This document shows positions 63,267-64,000 of a DNA stretch of 64,000 nucleotides, piece after piece. Both the position numbers and the translations under genes were made by a program. The first letter of the stretch is position 1. Every line of letters begins with the position of its first letter. Under the pieces are notes generated by a model, which saw nothing but the letters and a program-made list of their open reading frames with translations, ran no database searches and was not told the DNA's origin. This DNA comes from Octopus vulgaris (taxonomy: Eukaryota), in contig OX597838.1 in assembly GCA_951406725.2 (NCBI GenBank), forward strand, positions 26,598,001-26,662,000, written 5' to 3'.

Positions 63267-64000
63267 ATACATATATATATATATAATACATACATCCTTC
63301 TTTTTGTTGGTTTTCTTTCTCTTAAGCATTCATTAATTTTACTCTTGAAATTCAAGTTTATTAAAAATAAAAAAGATTTTAAAAAAAACAAATAAATAAA
63401 TTAAAACATTTGTTGTAAGAGAAGAAACATTGTTTTTTTTTTTTCTTTGCTTTCATTTTCTTTAATGTAAAAAAAAAACCAATAAAAAAAAGGGTAGCTG
63501 CAAGGGAGATAACTGGGTGTTCATTATTAAATATGCCAGGCTGCGTGATCAATATTAGTTTATAACATAGGCACAAGGCCACAAATTGTGTGGGGTGGGG
63601 TGGGGGAGAGGAGGAGAGCAATCGATTACAATGACCCAAGTAGTTGACTGGTATTTGGTGTATCTATCCCCAGAAGGCTGGAAAGTTAAAGTGAACCCAC
63701 ACGGGTGGGATATAACATTAAAAAAAAAAGGAATTCTTTTGGAGGGGACATTTGCACTGAAGCATAACAGTAATAAACACATTATATATATATATATAAT
63801 ATATATATATATATGAGAAAGCATACTCAATACCGAATGTAGAGTTTAAGTTATAGAAAACATGGACTATAGGCTGAACAGTTGTGGCATAAATTTTATC
63901 TTTCTTTTCTATATTAGCATGAAACCCAGGGTCCTGGGTCCTGAATTTTTGCTGAGAGATTGTGGATATATATATATGGTGGTGGTAGTGGTGGATCATT

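Overview
AT-rich, microsatellite-dense animal genomic DNA. The SINE and (TA)n/(CA)n repertoire suggests a coleoid cephalopod (Octopus-like), which is an inference. The only convincing host genes are two tandem paralogous GT31 (beta-1,3-galactosyltransferase-like) coding exons at 38489-39385 and 50517-51422. Each is preceded by a splice acceptor, and each carries E-D-S where the family normally has the metal-binding DxD motif. The rest is a transposon mosaic: several tRNA-derived SINE families, CR1-like and RTE LINE fragments, Tc1/mariner, piggyBac, hAT and Merlin-like remnants, Penelope-like pieces and at least two non-autonomous Helitron-like families. The most notable observations are: (i) minimal hammerhead-ribozyme-like motifs with compensatory U3-A8 and G3-C8 cores; (ii) a head-to-tail 2-kb composite Helitron dimer nested in a piggyBac; (iii) two LINE copies that differ only at synonymous sites; (iv) many fold-back palindromes; (v) an intron-containing tRNA-like sequence with an apparent UUA anticodon. 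Most short ORFs in the track are microsatellite or SINE artefacts. All calls were made by eye without database searches.
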